The notes below the pieces were generated by a model, which saw only the letters and a program-made list of their open reading frames with translations, did no database searches and was not told the origin of the DNA. From Octopus sinensis (Eukaryota): a stretch of DNA of 64,000 bases. Numbering within the stretch: the first letter of the stretch is position 1; the number at the start of each line of letters is the position of its first letter. Positions 47,872-60,921 of this stretch are shown here, piece after piece. The stretch covers positions 9,796,001-9,860,000 of the forward strand of contig NC_042999.1 of the NCBI RefSeq assembly GCF_006345805.1. The letters run 5' to 3'. A program made the translations under genes and the position numbers.

Positions 47872-49164
47872 TCGACTCCAGCTCGTATCCGAGCATTAGG
47901 TTCGTCAATTTTTATCCGGTCTCCTCGGCTGGTGTTTTTGCCGAATGTGACTTTGGAGTCCAAGTCGGTGGTGAAAGAGTCGTGGGCAGAATTCGCACAG
48001 GATGGTCGGTGCGGGCCGCGAATGTTAAAGACGCTCTTTTCTTCTCATTATCTTGTCTCTTCTGGTCGAAGGAGTTGGCTCCATTGCGGATAGCCGTCCT
48101 CCAAGCTGTCCTATCCATAGCAATCTGTCTCCATGAGGATGGCTGGATGTTAGTTTTAGCCAGAGTCCGTTTGAGCTGGTCTTTAAAACAGTATTTCGGA
48201 CCTTCTCTGGGTCTTGTTCCGATTGCAAAATCTCCGTAGAGTATGATCCTCGGGAGACGCGAGGGTTCCATACACTGGACGTGATCTGCCCGGCAGATGG
48301 CTTCGACGCTCGGTAGTGAGGCGCGGCGAAGAACCCCGTTGTTGGTAATGTGATCTTCCCATCGTATATTGAGGAGCTGTCGTAGCTTGGATTGCTGGGA
48401 GCATTCAAGGCGCTTGAAGTTACGGTGGTACAGTGTCCAAGTCTCACAAGCGTAGAGAAGAGTTGACAGGACAATGGTACGGAAGACTATGATCTTTGTC
48501 CGGATGGTCAGCGCTGATCCGGTGCTCCACGTCCTTTTCATACGTGGGGGTCTTTGAAAGGATACCCCCAAGGTATGAGAAGTGTTCAGCTTCTTCTAGG
48601 AGTTGGCTGTTGATTCTAATGTTCGTGGGTGGACTGTTCTGGTCTGATGCAGGATGGATCAGGGTCTTGGTCTTTAATGTGTTTACCTGCATCCCGAAGC
48701 ATTCGTAAGCCACGTTGTAAAGATTGTGGAGGCACATGGCCTAGTGGTTAGAGCAGCGAACTCGCGGTCAAGGGATCGCGGGTTCGAATCTCAGACCGGG
48801 CGATGTGTGTGTTTGTGAGCGAAACACCTAAGCTCCACGCGGCTCCGGCAGAAGGTAATGGCGAACTTCTGCTGACTCTTTCGCCACAACTTTCTCTCAC
48901 TCTTTCCTTCTGCATCTATCAGCTCACCTGCGACGGACCGACCAAGGAAACCGGGAAACCGGCCCTTATGAGCCAGGCATGGCTTGAGAAGGAACAAACA
49001 ACGTTGTAAAGATCGGCTGTCCTTCATAGGCCATCTCCGGTCTGACTCGGGGTGGCACTGTCATCTGCATACTGCATTTTACGAACTGAGATGGCAGAGG
49101 TCCTCGTCTTTGCGCGGAGGCTTGCGAGATTGAAAAGTCCGCAGTCTAAGCGATAGCGCATATC
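47870..49164 (-). mobile_element. RTE-clade LINE, 5'-truncated, interrupted by a SINE
   Basis: GLFNLASLRAKT..QYADD, FSYLGGIL, VLSTLLYACETW, RLPRIILYG, FKDQLKRTL; frameshifts and stops. Confidence 0.92.
48725..49000 (+). mobile_element. tRNA-derived SINE nested in RTE, 13-bp TSD
   Basis: ACGTTGTAAAGAT at 48712-48724 and 49001-49013; removing it restores the RTE frame (ADLYNVAYECFG). Confidence 0.9.
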
Positions 49165-49870
49165 TTGATGTAGGAGGTTTCTCCTGGATTTCTTGAAGGA
49201 TTTTGTCCAAAGACGTCTTGAACTTTATGGGGTCTGTTTCTGCTTTAATGTGTTTTGGTGTAATGTTAAAGAGAACGGGACCAACTGAGGTGGAATAATT
49301 GTGCTGTATTGTGGTTCTGTGATACAAGTATGATTTATGTTGTGAGCAGATAACACGGGGTTTATCTTAAAGGCGATGCCAACATCATTTGGGCAATGCT
49401 GATGGAATACTTTCCACATCATGCAGATGATGTAACGCCCTCGGCAGCACTGGAGAGAATAAAGCTTGAACTTTTCTAGTCGACCCCAGTTGTCAAGACC
49501 TGTCATGCCATCTACCTTTTTTGTAATTGACCTTTGAGGTGCTTCAACTTTCATGATACTTTGCTTCGTGTGGGGAGACCACAGTGGCCAACAGTATTCA
49601 AGGTGGGGTCAGGCAAAAGTAGAGAAGAGAAGGATAATGGTGTGGATGTCTCTCGACTAGAAAGTTCTGAGAATCCAGGAAAACATTCTGCGGGCTATGT
49701 CAACATTGCTGTTTATATGAGCGGCCCAGCTTATGTTGTTGTCCATAATTACTTCCAACTCTCTGGTGTAGTTGAATGCCATGAGAGTTTCACCAGAAGG
49801 AAGGGAGTATGGGAGTTTCAGGGTATCCTCTTTTCCGAAGTGGATTAATTCAAATTTGTTCTCGTTCAGC
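49165..49870 (-). mobile_element. CR1/L2-like LINE RT C-terminal remnant
   Basis: PHLEYCWPLWSP, VEAPQRSITKKV, RLEKFKLYSL, GPVLFNITP..FKTSLDKIL. Confidence 0.8.
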
Positions 49871-49899
49871 TGTAGATTATTCCTTTCCGGTCATTGGAT

Positions 49900-49953
<54 letters not shown>

Positions 49954-50077
49954 ACAGCCGAAATTTGCTATGATGATTCGGTGTCTGACTGAAGATTGAA
50001 GGCTTCGAATGATTTGTCTGTGTTCCGTGTTCGTCCCTTCCTGTATTTCACGTTCTTTATATATAAAAACATTTATT

Positions 50078-50124
<47 letters not shown>

Positions 50125-50213
50125 GTATGTGCGTTTGTATTCATGTATGTATGCATATATATATATATATAAATATATATATACATATATATATATACAT
50201 ATATATATATATA

Positions 50214-50336
<123 letters not shown>

Positions 50337-50869
50337 TATATAATATATATATATATATATAATTTATACACACACGCATTGTGAGAGTGTGTATGTCTAG
50401 ATTTTCAAAGTACTACTCCACATTTTGCTTGTTCTTCATTGTCGTTGTGTCGACAAATAGTTTCATGATAATGTTATCATATCTGACCGTCCCTCCGTCC
50501 GTCCGTCCGTGTATCCGTCTGTTCGTCCGCCAGCCCTTTCGTTTGCCTGTCAGCCATTTGTCAGTGTACAGTGTGTTCCAAGGCGGAAGCGTAACGCCCT
50601 TTCCATTTCGCTGTGTCTTTGGGAAATAAACTATAACCTGTGGCGATGTCACGGTCGGAATCATGGCATGAAATTATCAAATTATCCTGAAACCAGAGAT
50701 ACTGCTTGTAAGTGGATGGGTTCTATTGAATCCACCCAGAGGCCAGGTGATAGTGATAAGCCTTATGACGGATTAATCCTACCACCGAAAAACATGTACA
50801 CCTCATTCCCAGTTTTTTTTAACAACATTCTGCATTAAGGTCTATTAGAGGACTCAATATTTGTGATAA

Positions 50870-51250
50870 GGAGGCGCAATGGCCCAGTGGTTAGGGCAGC
50901 GGACTCGCGGTCGTAGGATCGCGGTTTCGATTCCCAGACCGGGCGTTGTGAGTGTTTATTGAGCGAAAACACCTAAAAGCTCCACGAGGCTCCGGCAGGG
51001 GATGGTGGTGATCCCTGCTGTACTCTTTCACCACAACTTTCTCTCACTCTTACTTCCTGTTTCTGTTGTACCTGTATTTCAAAGGGCCGGCCTTGTCACT
51101 CTCTGTGTCACGCTGAATATCCCCGAGAACTACGTTAAGAGTACACGTGTCTGTGGAGTGCTCAGCCACTTACACGTTAATTTCACGAGCAGGCTGTTCC
51201 GTTGATCGGATCAACCGGAACTCTCGTCGTCGTAACCGACGGAGTGCTTC
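50870..51250 (+). mobile_element. SINE family C, young full length
   Basis: GGCGCAATGGCCCAGTGGTTAG A-box-like head, GTTTCGATTCCC, tail ..GTCGTAACCGACGGAGTGC; nearly identical to 60170-60535. Confidence 0.9.
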
Positions 51251-52971
51251 CATCATCCATTTGTGATAACAGAGTTATAGTTTTATTGTTTCGCATAAAC
51301 TTTAATTCTGTCACCGAATTTAGATTCTTCCGATCATCAATTTTATGATTTGTCTCTAAAATACACATTTAGTATATTGCAATTGTTACCAGTTTGTTAT
51401 TAAAACCACTTTAGTCATATCTTCCAGGTTAATTAAATATTTATTGTCCTTATTCGTTTTTTGCTTTTAATTATTTTGGTCCGAATGAAATATGGTACAT
51501 GAGTGAAATGGTAGAGTCCCATTAAAATGTCTTCAGGAAGACCGTGAAAAATCTGGCTTTTAATTCCACAGGAATCTATTTTGTTTTGTCCCTTTCCAGA
51601 AGTCAATGCAAATGATAGTAGTAGTATATTGGGAGTCAATTCGATCGTTTACACTCCTGCTTCTCTTTAAAATGTGCAGCACTGATCCAAGGTAAAAAAA
51701 AAATTCAAATTAGTTTGAACATGAATTTCTGATCAGTTTGTTGTATCAAGAAATACTTCGTGGGAAAACGGGTTCGATGTTGAGCCAGCGATTTAGAAAC
51801 GGACTTTTTATGGCTTTTAAAATAACAAGGCTCCTACAATTCTATCTATAAAGGATATCAAAATATTCAATACCAACACAGATTTAGTCTTAAGCACTCG
51901 TCATTGAAGTCAAGACACTTCTTCAATTAAAGGTCTTTCTAGATTCTACCATATTATATTACAAGATCGAAGGAGTGAATTATCCATTATCATTGTGAAA
52001 TATTTAAATCTTGATCTGGTTAAATAAGTAAAGAAACGTTATGTATATTTATTTGCTTAGGGATTTGAAACGGAGGTGTATAATTTGAGACTTGTGTATT
52101 CTTGATAAAATTCATGTGAATGAACAGCCAAAGACCACAAATCCACCAGTTGTCTATTGTTTCCTCGGGACCATATAACAACAGTCTAGAGAAGAAAGAA
52201 ATGAACAAAACACATACATAAACACACATAAAAGGCAACAACAATAATAATAGTGATAGTACAAAAAAAGACTAAGAAACAAGCAAACTCAAGCACAAAG
52301 AAAGCATTTTACCTAGAAGATCAAACATTCTCCTGTTTTGAAAGATTAAATACAAAATTCTTTATTTTCAGAAGGATTTAGTTTTCATTAGAAAAAAATA
52401 AAACATCACAAAAACACTGCTTCCAAGGATGATGTTGTGTGTGATCCAATGTTTTTATCTTTTTGTTTCTACAACCTTCTGGTCTGTCGACAGTCGGGGA
52501 TTGCTTATGCATTAGAGCCTTTCGATTAAATAGCAGCTGTCATGAAGACAACCGAATAGGTTGGAGACTGTTGAACGTCAAAACTTGAATCTGTAGAATT
52601 GGTTCAACTGTAGAGAGAGAGAAAGAAGGAGAGATAGAAAGAGAGAGAGAGAGTGTGAGAGAGAAATGGAGAGAGAGAGAGAGGCCGACGTGACTAAAAA
52701 GGGAATAAATAAACATTCATACAGAAAAATACTAAGACCGAGATATCAATAAAATCCTGGTGTTTTTCACAATGGCGCACGTTTCAAACGATTGCAGCGT
52801 TTGAAATGTGTTGGCCAATCAAAACAGATGCGATTCACTTGGAGAGCAATTTTAGATGAAAATCTCGACTTAGCATTTGTTTTACACATTTATTTTTTAT
52901 TCTTGCACAGCTGCCCTCAACCGAATGTTGATGTCGCTGTTGATTATCCTTTAAGTTAACCTTGATCGATC

Positions 52972-53069
52972 AGTTTTCAAGGAGCAAAGATTTTCTGGAC
53001 ATGGCCGTCCTGTTTAAGTCTGTGTATTTTGTTACATTTTTTTTTTTTTGCTCCCTAGAATTCATCAGA
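52972..53069 (+). repeat. ~95-bp direct repeat, copy 1 (copy 2 at 54306-54399)
   Basis: AGTTTTCAAGGAGCAAAG...CCCTAGAATTCATCAGA nearly identical in both. Confidence 0.85.
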
Positions 53070-53353
53070 CCAGTTACCCGGTTTTCGAGTTAATGTCATT
53101 TCTCTTGAACGGGAAACCGGTCCGTTGTAGGGATCAAGGCCCCTGTTTTTGAGGGGAGGGGAAAAGTTGATTACGGCAAACTCAGCATTTTAGTGGAAAT
53201 TAATTTTATCGACACCGAAGAGACGAGCGGCGGAGTTGACCCCGGCGGAATTTGAACGCAGAACGTAATGAGCAGGAAGAAAATGACACAAAGTATTTTG
53301 TCCGACGTGCAAACCATTTTTCCGGCTTGCTGCCAAAAGGGTGTATAGAACTA

Positions 53354-53745
53354 CTAGCAGTATCGCCCGGCGTTGCTCGGGTTTGTTTCGACCCTTTAGA
53401 ACAGGAATTTGTGAAAAGTAAAAATTTTGCATTATGTAGCTTTTTATTCTCTTTAAGTGAACATTTTTCTGGTTGAAATACACAGAAAAATGGCGACACA
53501 GCAGTCAAAAAATCGTAAAAAATAGGGATTTTCATAGAAAAAAAGCACCTTTTTGATGTAAATAATTTTTGGTGTTAACATGGTCCGAATTTGAATTTTT
53601 TCTTCTACGGAAGGAAGAGCAAGCCTTCTTCTATTATACTTTCAATTTTGGTCAACTTGTGCCGCAGGGTCTTGGAGGAGATAGTGTTAATTGAAGATGC
53701 CAAACTTGCCATACACAGACAACTTCAGCTTTATTTATATATAGA
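53354..53745 (-). mobile_element. Complete non-autonomous Helitron (~390 bp)
   Basis: Minus strand 5' TC, subterminal hairpin CCCGAGCAACGCCGGG, 3' CTAG|T. Confidence 0.8.
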
Positions 53746-54420
53746 ACTATTACAGAACTAATATGTCTTTACCTTTTAAAAGAGTTGTAGTTTCTATCTG
53801 GTCTGGTGACCTCGTAGACGTTGCGTTTGTTGCTTCTAACAATCGAATGCTGTGAGAACACCGTAAGCTCTTGCACCCAGCTAAATGGCTGCAGTTACAT
53901 CACTGAGTCTATTTCAACGTGAAATCATTTTTTCCCAACCTTTTCGATTAAAGGACCAAGATCTTCCCCCGACATAAAGCCTCCAAGTTCGATAGAGACA
54001 GGACACTGCATTACGTTTGTGCTTATCCCGCGAATAATTTTGGTAGCGATGTAAGAATACTAAGTTGACCCAACAATTAGTTGATTAGTACTTTATATCA
54101 TCGATTCCAGGAGGAAAGAAGACAAAGTTGATTTCGACGGGATTTCAACTAATAACGTAGGCGGCCATATTTAAATGTCGCAATCATTTTGACCGATGTC
54201 CTAACGCGATTCTGTTAATTTAGAAGGAGGAATTAACACCCGAGTTAAGTGAATGGGTTTCACCTGGTTATTTAAATGACAGCGACGATACAACCCAACC
54301 GACAGAGTTTTCAAGGAGCAAAGATTTTCTAGACATGGCCGTCCTGTTTAAGTCTTTGTATTTTGTTACATTTTTTTTTGCTCCCTAGAATTCATCAGAG
54401 TTTAATATCTCTCTGTATAT

Positions 54421-54654
54421 ATATCTTTTTACTACCCACAAGGGGCTAAACACAGAGGGGACAAACAAGGACAGACAAACGGATTAAGTCGATTATATTG
54501 ACCCCCAGTGCGTAACTGGTACTTAATTTATCGACCCTGAAAGGATGAAAGGCAAAGTCAACCTCGGCGGAATTTGAACTCAGAACGTAACGGCAGACGA
54601 AATACGGCTACGCATTTCGTCCGGCGTGCAAACGTTTCTGCCAGCTCGCCGCCT
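54421..54654 (-). mobile_element. SINE family A (tail A) with 15-bp TSD
   Basis: TATCTCTCTGTATAT at 54406-54420 and 54655-54669. Confidence 0.9.
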
Positions 54655-54845
54655 TATCTCTCTGTATATTTATCGCTCATCCTCTTTAATGAATTAAGAT
54701 AAATATATATTTTGGATCGACAAATTTTTCTCATTCAAGTATTTCTTCTTTCTATTACTTTTCTAAAGAACTCCCCACCAATCATTATTATTTTTATTAT
54801 TTTTATCACCATCAATGTTATATAAAAATGATGTAAAATAATAAC

Positions 54846-55029
54846 TTTGTTGTGTCTGGGGAGAGTCATATTGCTTTAATATATTGAACACACTCACCGG
54901 TTCAGTTTCCACTCATTTATTTATTCATTTTGTCTGAAACAGACAAAAAAATAAGTAAATGAGTGGAAATTGAACCGGTGAGTGTGTTCAATATATTAAA
55001 GCAGTATGACTCTCCCCAGACACAACAAA
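54846..55029. repeat. Near-perfect foldback palindrome
   Basis: ~80-bp arms plus inner TTTTGTCTG-AAA-CAGACAAAA hairpin; related to 60616-60855. Confidence 0.85.
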
Positions 55030-55770
55030 ATTTGTTTCAACACACGAATTCACATTAAGAATCTTGCAAACAGGATACAAAAACAAAATAAAATAAAAAC
55101 TGTTGCACAATAACATTATGAGAGATTCACTTTCACCGTTTTAAGGATTTACGAAGTGATCCATATTGCCCTGGGGTGGGTGGAGTCTACGTATAGTGGC
55201 TGTCAAAAGGGTTAGTAATCATTAAATATTTCGATCAGATCAATGAAGAATGACTGAATTTTTATCATTCTTTATCAATTTCGTTTAGTATTTTCATAAA
55301 ATTTCTTGAAATATTTCTTATTCAAAAAACGCCGACGCAAAAGAACAAAGGAACTGCGATCTTTAAATCAAGAGTTTTCTTTTTTTTCATAATAATTTAA
55401 AATTTATTGACGGCGACCGATAACTTATCTACGATTCCGTGACAACGTGGATGATAATAAGAAATTTGCTGACCCCCGTATCTAAAGACAAAACTGTCAA
55501 ACTCGTTCTCCATATCAGAAATATGATCGCTCGTTAGCGATTCAATTTCTGACTCAGGCCCAATGTCACAAATTGGCATTTAACGTTCAATATCTACCTT
55601 AACGTTTCTATCCGTATTGATTTCTCATTCTTGAGCAAAGCGATTCTTTAATTATATTCGTTCAGTGTTATATTGATTATGTTATCGAACTCGAAAAGAG
55701 GAAATTCGAAAGTCGACATCGTTGGGTTACTATAAAACTCTGCCTAGTCATCAGACTTCTTCTTCTCTCG

Positions 55771-55871
<101 letters not shown>

Positions 55872-56219
55872 GTCAAAAGGAGAAACCTCCACGTAATCGC
55901 TCGACATGTAACAAACAGCAGCTAAATCTCCCTCAAATCTCTCTCACCCTGTCATAAAAATAAAAGAACACCATATATATATAAGTAACTCCTTCCCTAT
56001 TAGCCTCCTTCTTTACACGCAATTATTTTTAGCATTATCTACTTTGAGTTTTACTGTTAAAAAATAATTACTGCAATTCTTTCGAAGTTTCAAATCCCGC
56101 TGAAGTCTACTGCTTTTCATATTTCCAGGAATTCATAAAATAAGAACCAGTCATACACTAGGTCTGTATAACCAACTTGTCTCCACAACCCAAGTTTGCT
56201 AATTTTTTGCCAAAACCTG

Positions 56220-56430
56220 AGATGGCAGACTCGTTAGCACGCCGGACAAAATGCTTAGCGGCATTTCGTCCGTCCTTACGTTCTGAGTTCAGACTCCGCC
56301 GAGGTCGACTTTGCCTTTCATCCTTTCAGGGTCGATAAACTAAGTACCCGCGGAGCACTGGGGTCGATGTAATCGACTTAACACCCCTCCCTCTAAAGTT
56401 TCAAGCCTTGTGCCTATAGTAGAAAAGATT
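56220..56430 (+). mobile_element. SINE family A (tail B)
   Basis: Head, body, tail ..CCTTGTGCCTATAGTAGAAAAGATTATT. Confidence 0.85.
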
Positions 56431-56441
56431 ATTATTATTAT

Positions 56442-57000
56442 TGAGTGAGAGAGCAGTGCATGCCATCAAAGTGACACTGGGGTACAAATATACAAAGCCC
56501 AGTATGCCCATCATGACTACCCATCTGATAAAGGTACGCCAGGCACATACATCACAGCCATATATACGCGACATATCAAGATCTCATATCAAGAAAAACA
56601 GCGCATGATCTTGCAGGTGGAGACCCAGTAAGAATTTTCTTCAAGTCGAGTAGGCCATCCCGCTCAAAAGGTCCTTTAATAAGGTTTGTTTAAGGATGAT
56701 GAACGAAACACCCATGTTTCCAAAGGTGAATTATCCAAACCTCAAAGAATCCCTCTCAATACATGGCTATGATGCTACCCCACTACTTCTGCCCGTGATC
56801 AGAGGTGCACATATTGTCAGCCACTAAGGGACATGCTCAACTGGTTAAGGTCAAACAACTGACAAGCAAAACTGTGGTATCGAGCAAAATATTTGCTGTA
56901 GCCCATCTTTTATACCAAGACAAAACATGTACATGATAACACTTCCAATCAGTTAAGATCAGAAGCCACGAGAGTCACTGCTCGGTACTGCATCAGAGCA
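56442..57000 (-). mobile_element. Second full copy of the (AAT)n-embedded 555-bp element
   Basis: Colinear with 39141-39695, same ends. Confidence 0.75.
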
Positions 57001-57139
57001 TTTATTGTTGTTGTTTATAGGATTGAGGTTACTCCTCCAGGAAATATAGAAGCAAAAAATGAAGAGTACCATTGTTATCAAATGAACGATATTTCGACAT
57101 CTCGTTGCCAAAATGAAGAGGATTAACAAGTTTATTTTT

Positions 57140-57180
57140 TGAACCTGTGGAAGACACACGAGATGTCGAAATATCGTTCA
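57140..57180 (+). ncRNA. Minimal hammerhead motif, variant core CUGUGGA
   Basis: TGAAC-CTGTGGA-A-GACA cacgaga TGTC-GAAA-TA-TC-GTTCA; overlaps the right arm of a 37-bp inverted repeat (57069-57105 / 57158-57194). Confidence 0.5.
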
Positions 57181-57198
57181 CTTGATAACAATGGCACA

Positions 57199-57265
<67 letters not shown>

Positions 57266-57289
57266 TATTATTATTATTCAGTAGTATAT

Positions 57290-57735
57290 TTTTTATATCG
57301 TGCTTTCACTTCACTACCGAGCACAGCTCTGTGTGCCTTGGGTATGTACTGTGCTTTGTTGTGATGCTCTGATGGTTATTGTATGGAAAGTGTTCTGCGT
57401 AGGATGTGTGCAGTGCCTAGTAGTGCAATTTTCTGTATGTTATATGTGTTTGTAAGTCCTAGTGTTTTTGTTATGTATTTGTCTGAATATTTTTTATCAT
57501 GCCTAATGCACCTATTATGATAGGAATTGTTTCTGTTTTTAGATTCCACATTCAGGTTACCTCTATTTCCATTTCTTTTAGAGACACGTTGTCATCCGCT
57601 GGTATTGATACATCAATTAGAAAACATTTTTTTTCTTCATGATCTCTGACAACTATATTATCTCTGACAAGTATATTATCTCTGACAACTACATGATCTC
57701 TGACAACTATATTATCTTTGACAACTATATTATTT
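57290..57735 (-). mobile_element. R4/Dong-like LINE 3' fragment with 5'-junction stutter
   Basis: IVVRDHEEKKCFLIDVSIPADDN..TIPIIIGALG..IQKIALLGTAHILRR; ATT tracts both sides. Confidence 0.85.
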
Positions 57736-57899
57736 ATTATATTATTATTATTATTATTTATTATTATTATTATTATTATTAATATTAAGGCGGTAAGCAC
57801 GCACAAAAACAGTAATTTGTAATTATAACATGTATGTGTGTATACATGAATACTTATACACTCACAAACGCATACACACGCATACATATATATATATGT

Positions 57900-58205
57900 A
57901 TGTATATAGTTCATGTATCACGTGAGCACGTAACCGACGAGACTTATCTGATGTTGTTACACACCGCTGATCACAATGTTCTTTGCATCGTTTTAGCCTT
58001 CGTATGACGCCATCCCACTGGCGAAGGGAACAGGCCAACACCCCCACCGCCACCACACCACCACCACCACATGATCAAAAGGGAGATTGGAGCAAGTCGT
58101 AGCGAAGAGTTTTGTCAAGAACACAACGCGGCGCTCGGTCTGGGACTCGAACCAAAGAACTAGCGATCGTGAGTCAATCCACCTAACCACTAGGCCACGC
58201 GCCTT
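57900..58205 (-). mobile_element. SINE family D
   Basis: tRNA-like head GGCGCGTGGCCTAGTGGTTAG; tail homologous to 25120 copy. Confidence 0.7.
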
Positions 58206-58464
58206 CAGTTTATATACAGTTTAGAGAATAGGGATCGTAGAAGTCCCAGCGAATGTCTGGTCAGCACCCCATACGAAATTTAGTCGAACAGAATGGTTAG
58301 AGAAGCAGACCAGGAAAAACTATTCGGTTAATCCAAATAACACTCCGTACGTATCCATAATCTCTGGTGAAAACCCTGATTATGAGGCTGGGACATTCTT
58401 CGCATGGATTTGAAGAAATGGTCAATGGAATTTTCCATCAAAATTCCACTCACTATTTTCCTCT

Positions 58465-58810
58465 TTTATTCTTTTACTCTTTTACTTGTTTCAGTCATTT
58501 GACTGCGGCCATGCTGGAGCACCGCATTTAGTCGAACGAATCGACCCCAGGACTTATTCTTTGTAAGCTTAGTACTTATTCTATCGGTCTCTTTTGCCGA
58601 ACCGCTAAGTTACGGGGACATGAACACCAGCACTGCTTGTCAAGCGATGATGGGATACACACACACGTGCGACGGGCTTCTTTTAATTTCCGTCTGCCAA
58701 ATCCACTCACAAGACTTTGGTTGACCTGAGGCTATAGAAGAAGGCAGTGGAACTGAACCCGGAACTATGAGGTTGGGGAGCAAGCTTCTTACCACACAGC
58801 CACGCCTGCG
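58465..58810 (-). mobile_element. SINE family B with internal deletion
   Basis: Head and tail match family B. Confidence 0.8.
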
Positions 58811-58949
58811 TTTATACGCAAGATACTATACGCATGATTAGGCCTCCCATGAGCTAATTCCGTCACCGACGCCCCCCCCCCCGAATAAATGCTGCTAAAA
58901 CTGGGGTGCGTCTGATACACCTATGCCAAACACGGTCTTCATTCCTTTG

Positions 58950-58981
<32 letters not shown>

Positions 58982-59179
58982 GTATGTGTGTGTGTGTGTG
59001 CATATATTGTTTCGAATCCAGCCATTGGGGGTCTGCCTTGTAGGTTGGAGTTGATGACATCATAAGATTTTGTTGTTATTTAAAAAACAAAACAAGCAAA
59101 CCCGGCATTGGTAAGATTTGAACCTACAACATAAATGCGAGTAATTTAATACCAGAGCATATTTTTTCAATGCCTATCT

Positions 59180-59530
59180 GTGGTCCTCCGTCGGTTGCGA
59201 CGACGAGGGTTCCAGTTGATCCAATCAACTGTTCGTGAAATTAACGTGCAAGCGGCTGAGCACTCCACAGACATGTGTACCCTTAATGCAGTTCTCGGGG
59301 AGATTCAGCGTGACACCGAATGCGACAAGGCTGACCCTTTGAAATACAGGTACAGCAGAAACAGGAAGAAAGAGTAAGAGACAGAGTACAGCAGGGTTCA
59401 CCACCATCCCCTGCTGGAGCGTCGTGGAGCTTTAGGTGTTTTCGCTCAATAAACACTCACGACGCCCGGCCTGGGAATCGAAACAGCAATCCTTCGATCG
59501 CGAGTCCGCTCCCCTAACCACTGGGCCATT
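59180..59530 (-). mobile_element. SINE family C
   Basis: Reverse complement of the 50870 copy. Confidence 0.85.
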
Positions 59531-60169
59531 GCCCCTCCACTCTATGCCATATATGTGTCGATATATATATATATATATAATATATAGTGTGTGTGTGTGT
59601 GTGTGGTGTGTGTGTGTGTATACGTATACAAATGTGAGGATGGATGGATATGTATGTATGTAAGCGTGTAATCGTCTATATGTGTGTGTGTGTGTGACCG
59701 TGTGTGGTGGGAGGATCTGGGTGTGTTATCTGCGACATTTCCGTTTGCGATTCATCTTATACAAAACCACATTCAGCGTTTTACCTCGACAGATTTTTGA
59801 TGGGTTCTTGTTTAAAACCTTCCGATAAGCCATTTTTTTTGTCCCCAGAAAGAAATTATGACTGGAAAATTAACAAAACAGACGGTTTTCTTTCACATTA
59901 ACAAGACGTCGGTGTGTCGCTTTAAAAGACCGAATATGGCGGAAAGAAAAAAGTGGAGCTAAAAGAATAAATAAAACTAAAAACACCAAGAAATAAGAAT
60001 AATCTTCGATTCACTCTTTCATTTCCGCTGCTGTCTTTCTCTCTCCCCCCTCTCTCTCTCTTTCTCTCTCTCTATCTATCTATCTATCTTCCTCTCTCTC
60101 TCTTTCCTACTCCCACGCTCACGCTGTCATGGGTCTTGATGGCTGGGCTAACATGTACCTGTCTATATT

Positions 60170-60535
60170 TAGGGCAGCGGACTCGCGGTCGTAGGATCGC
60201 GGTTTCGATTCCCAGACCGGGCGTTGTGAGTGTTTATGGAGCGAAAACACCTAAAAGCTCCACGAGGCTCCGGCAGGGGATGGTGGTGATCCCTACTGTA
60301 CTCTTTCACCACAACTTCCTCTCACTCTTACTTCCTGTTTCTGTTGTACCTGTATTTCAAAGGGCCAGCCTCGTCACTTTCTGTGTCACGCTGAATATCC
60401 CCGAGAACTACGTTAAGGGTACACGTGTCTGTGGAGTTCTCAGCCACTTACACGTTAATTTCACGAGCAGGCTGTTCCGTTGATTCGGATCAACCGGAAC
60501 CCTCGTCGTCGTAACCGACGGAGTGCTTCCACCAC
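60170..60535 (+). mobile_element. SINE family C, 5'-clipped
   Basis: Nearly identical to 50870-51250. Confidence 0.85.
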
Positions 60536-60549
60536 CTGTCTATATATAT

Positions 60550-60865
60550 ATATATTTCGTTTTTGGATTTGGTTTGCAAGATTCTTTATATGAGTTCGTG
60601 TGTTGAAGCATATTCTGTTGTGTCTGGGGAGAGTCATTCTCTTTTTGTGCCTTATTATGTAACACACTCACCGGTAAGATTTTTCACTTTTTTCTTATTT
60701 TTATTTTCCTAAAGTTTTCGTTTCAAAACTATTGAAAAGGTTGCAAGACGCAACAAAAATTTTACGAAATTAAGAATAAGAATAAGTGGAAATTTTACCG
60801 GTGAGTAGTGTTAAATCATAAGGCACAAAAATAAATGACTATCCCAGACAAACAGAACACAACAG
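60550..60865. repeat. Asymmetric foldback element, same family as 54846-55090
   Basis: Arms ~60616-60690 and ~60784-60855; 60555-60615 matches the reverse complement of 55030-55090. Confidence 0.75.

Positions 60866-60921
<56 letters not shown>

Noticed and set aside
49950-50060. CAGCC-GAAA-TT(T)GC-TA as a hammerhead (also ~61445)
   Set aside because: Only a possible 3' half; the CUGANGA half is absent
50870-50945. Functional tRNA genes
   Set aside because: tRNA-like segments are SINE heads continuing into SINE bodies; no complete cloverleaf or terminator
55185-55580. piggyBac remnant (AAAGGGTTAG end, acidic ORF)
   Set aside because: No TTAA site, no second TIR and no catalytic motifs
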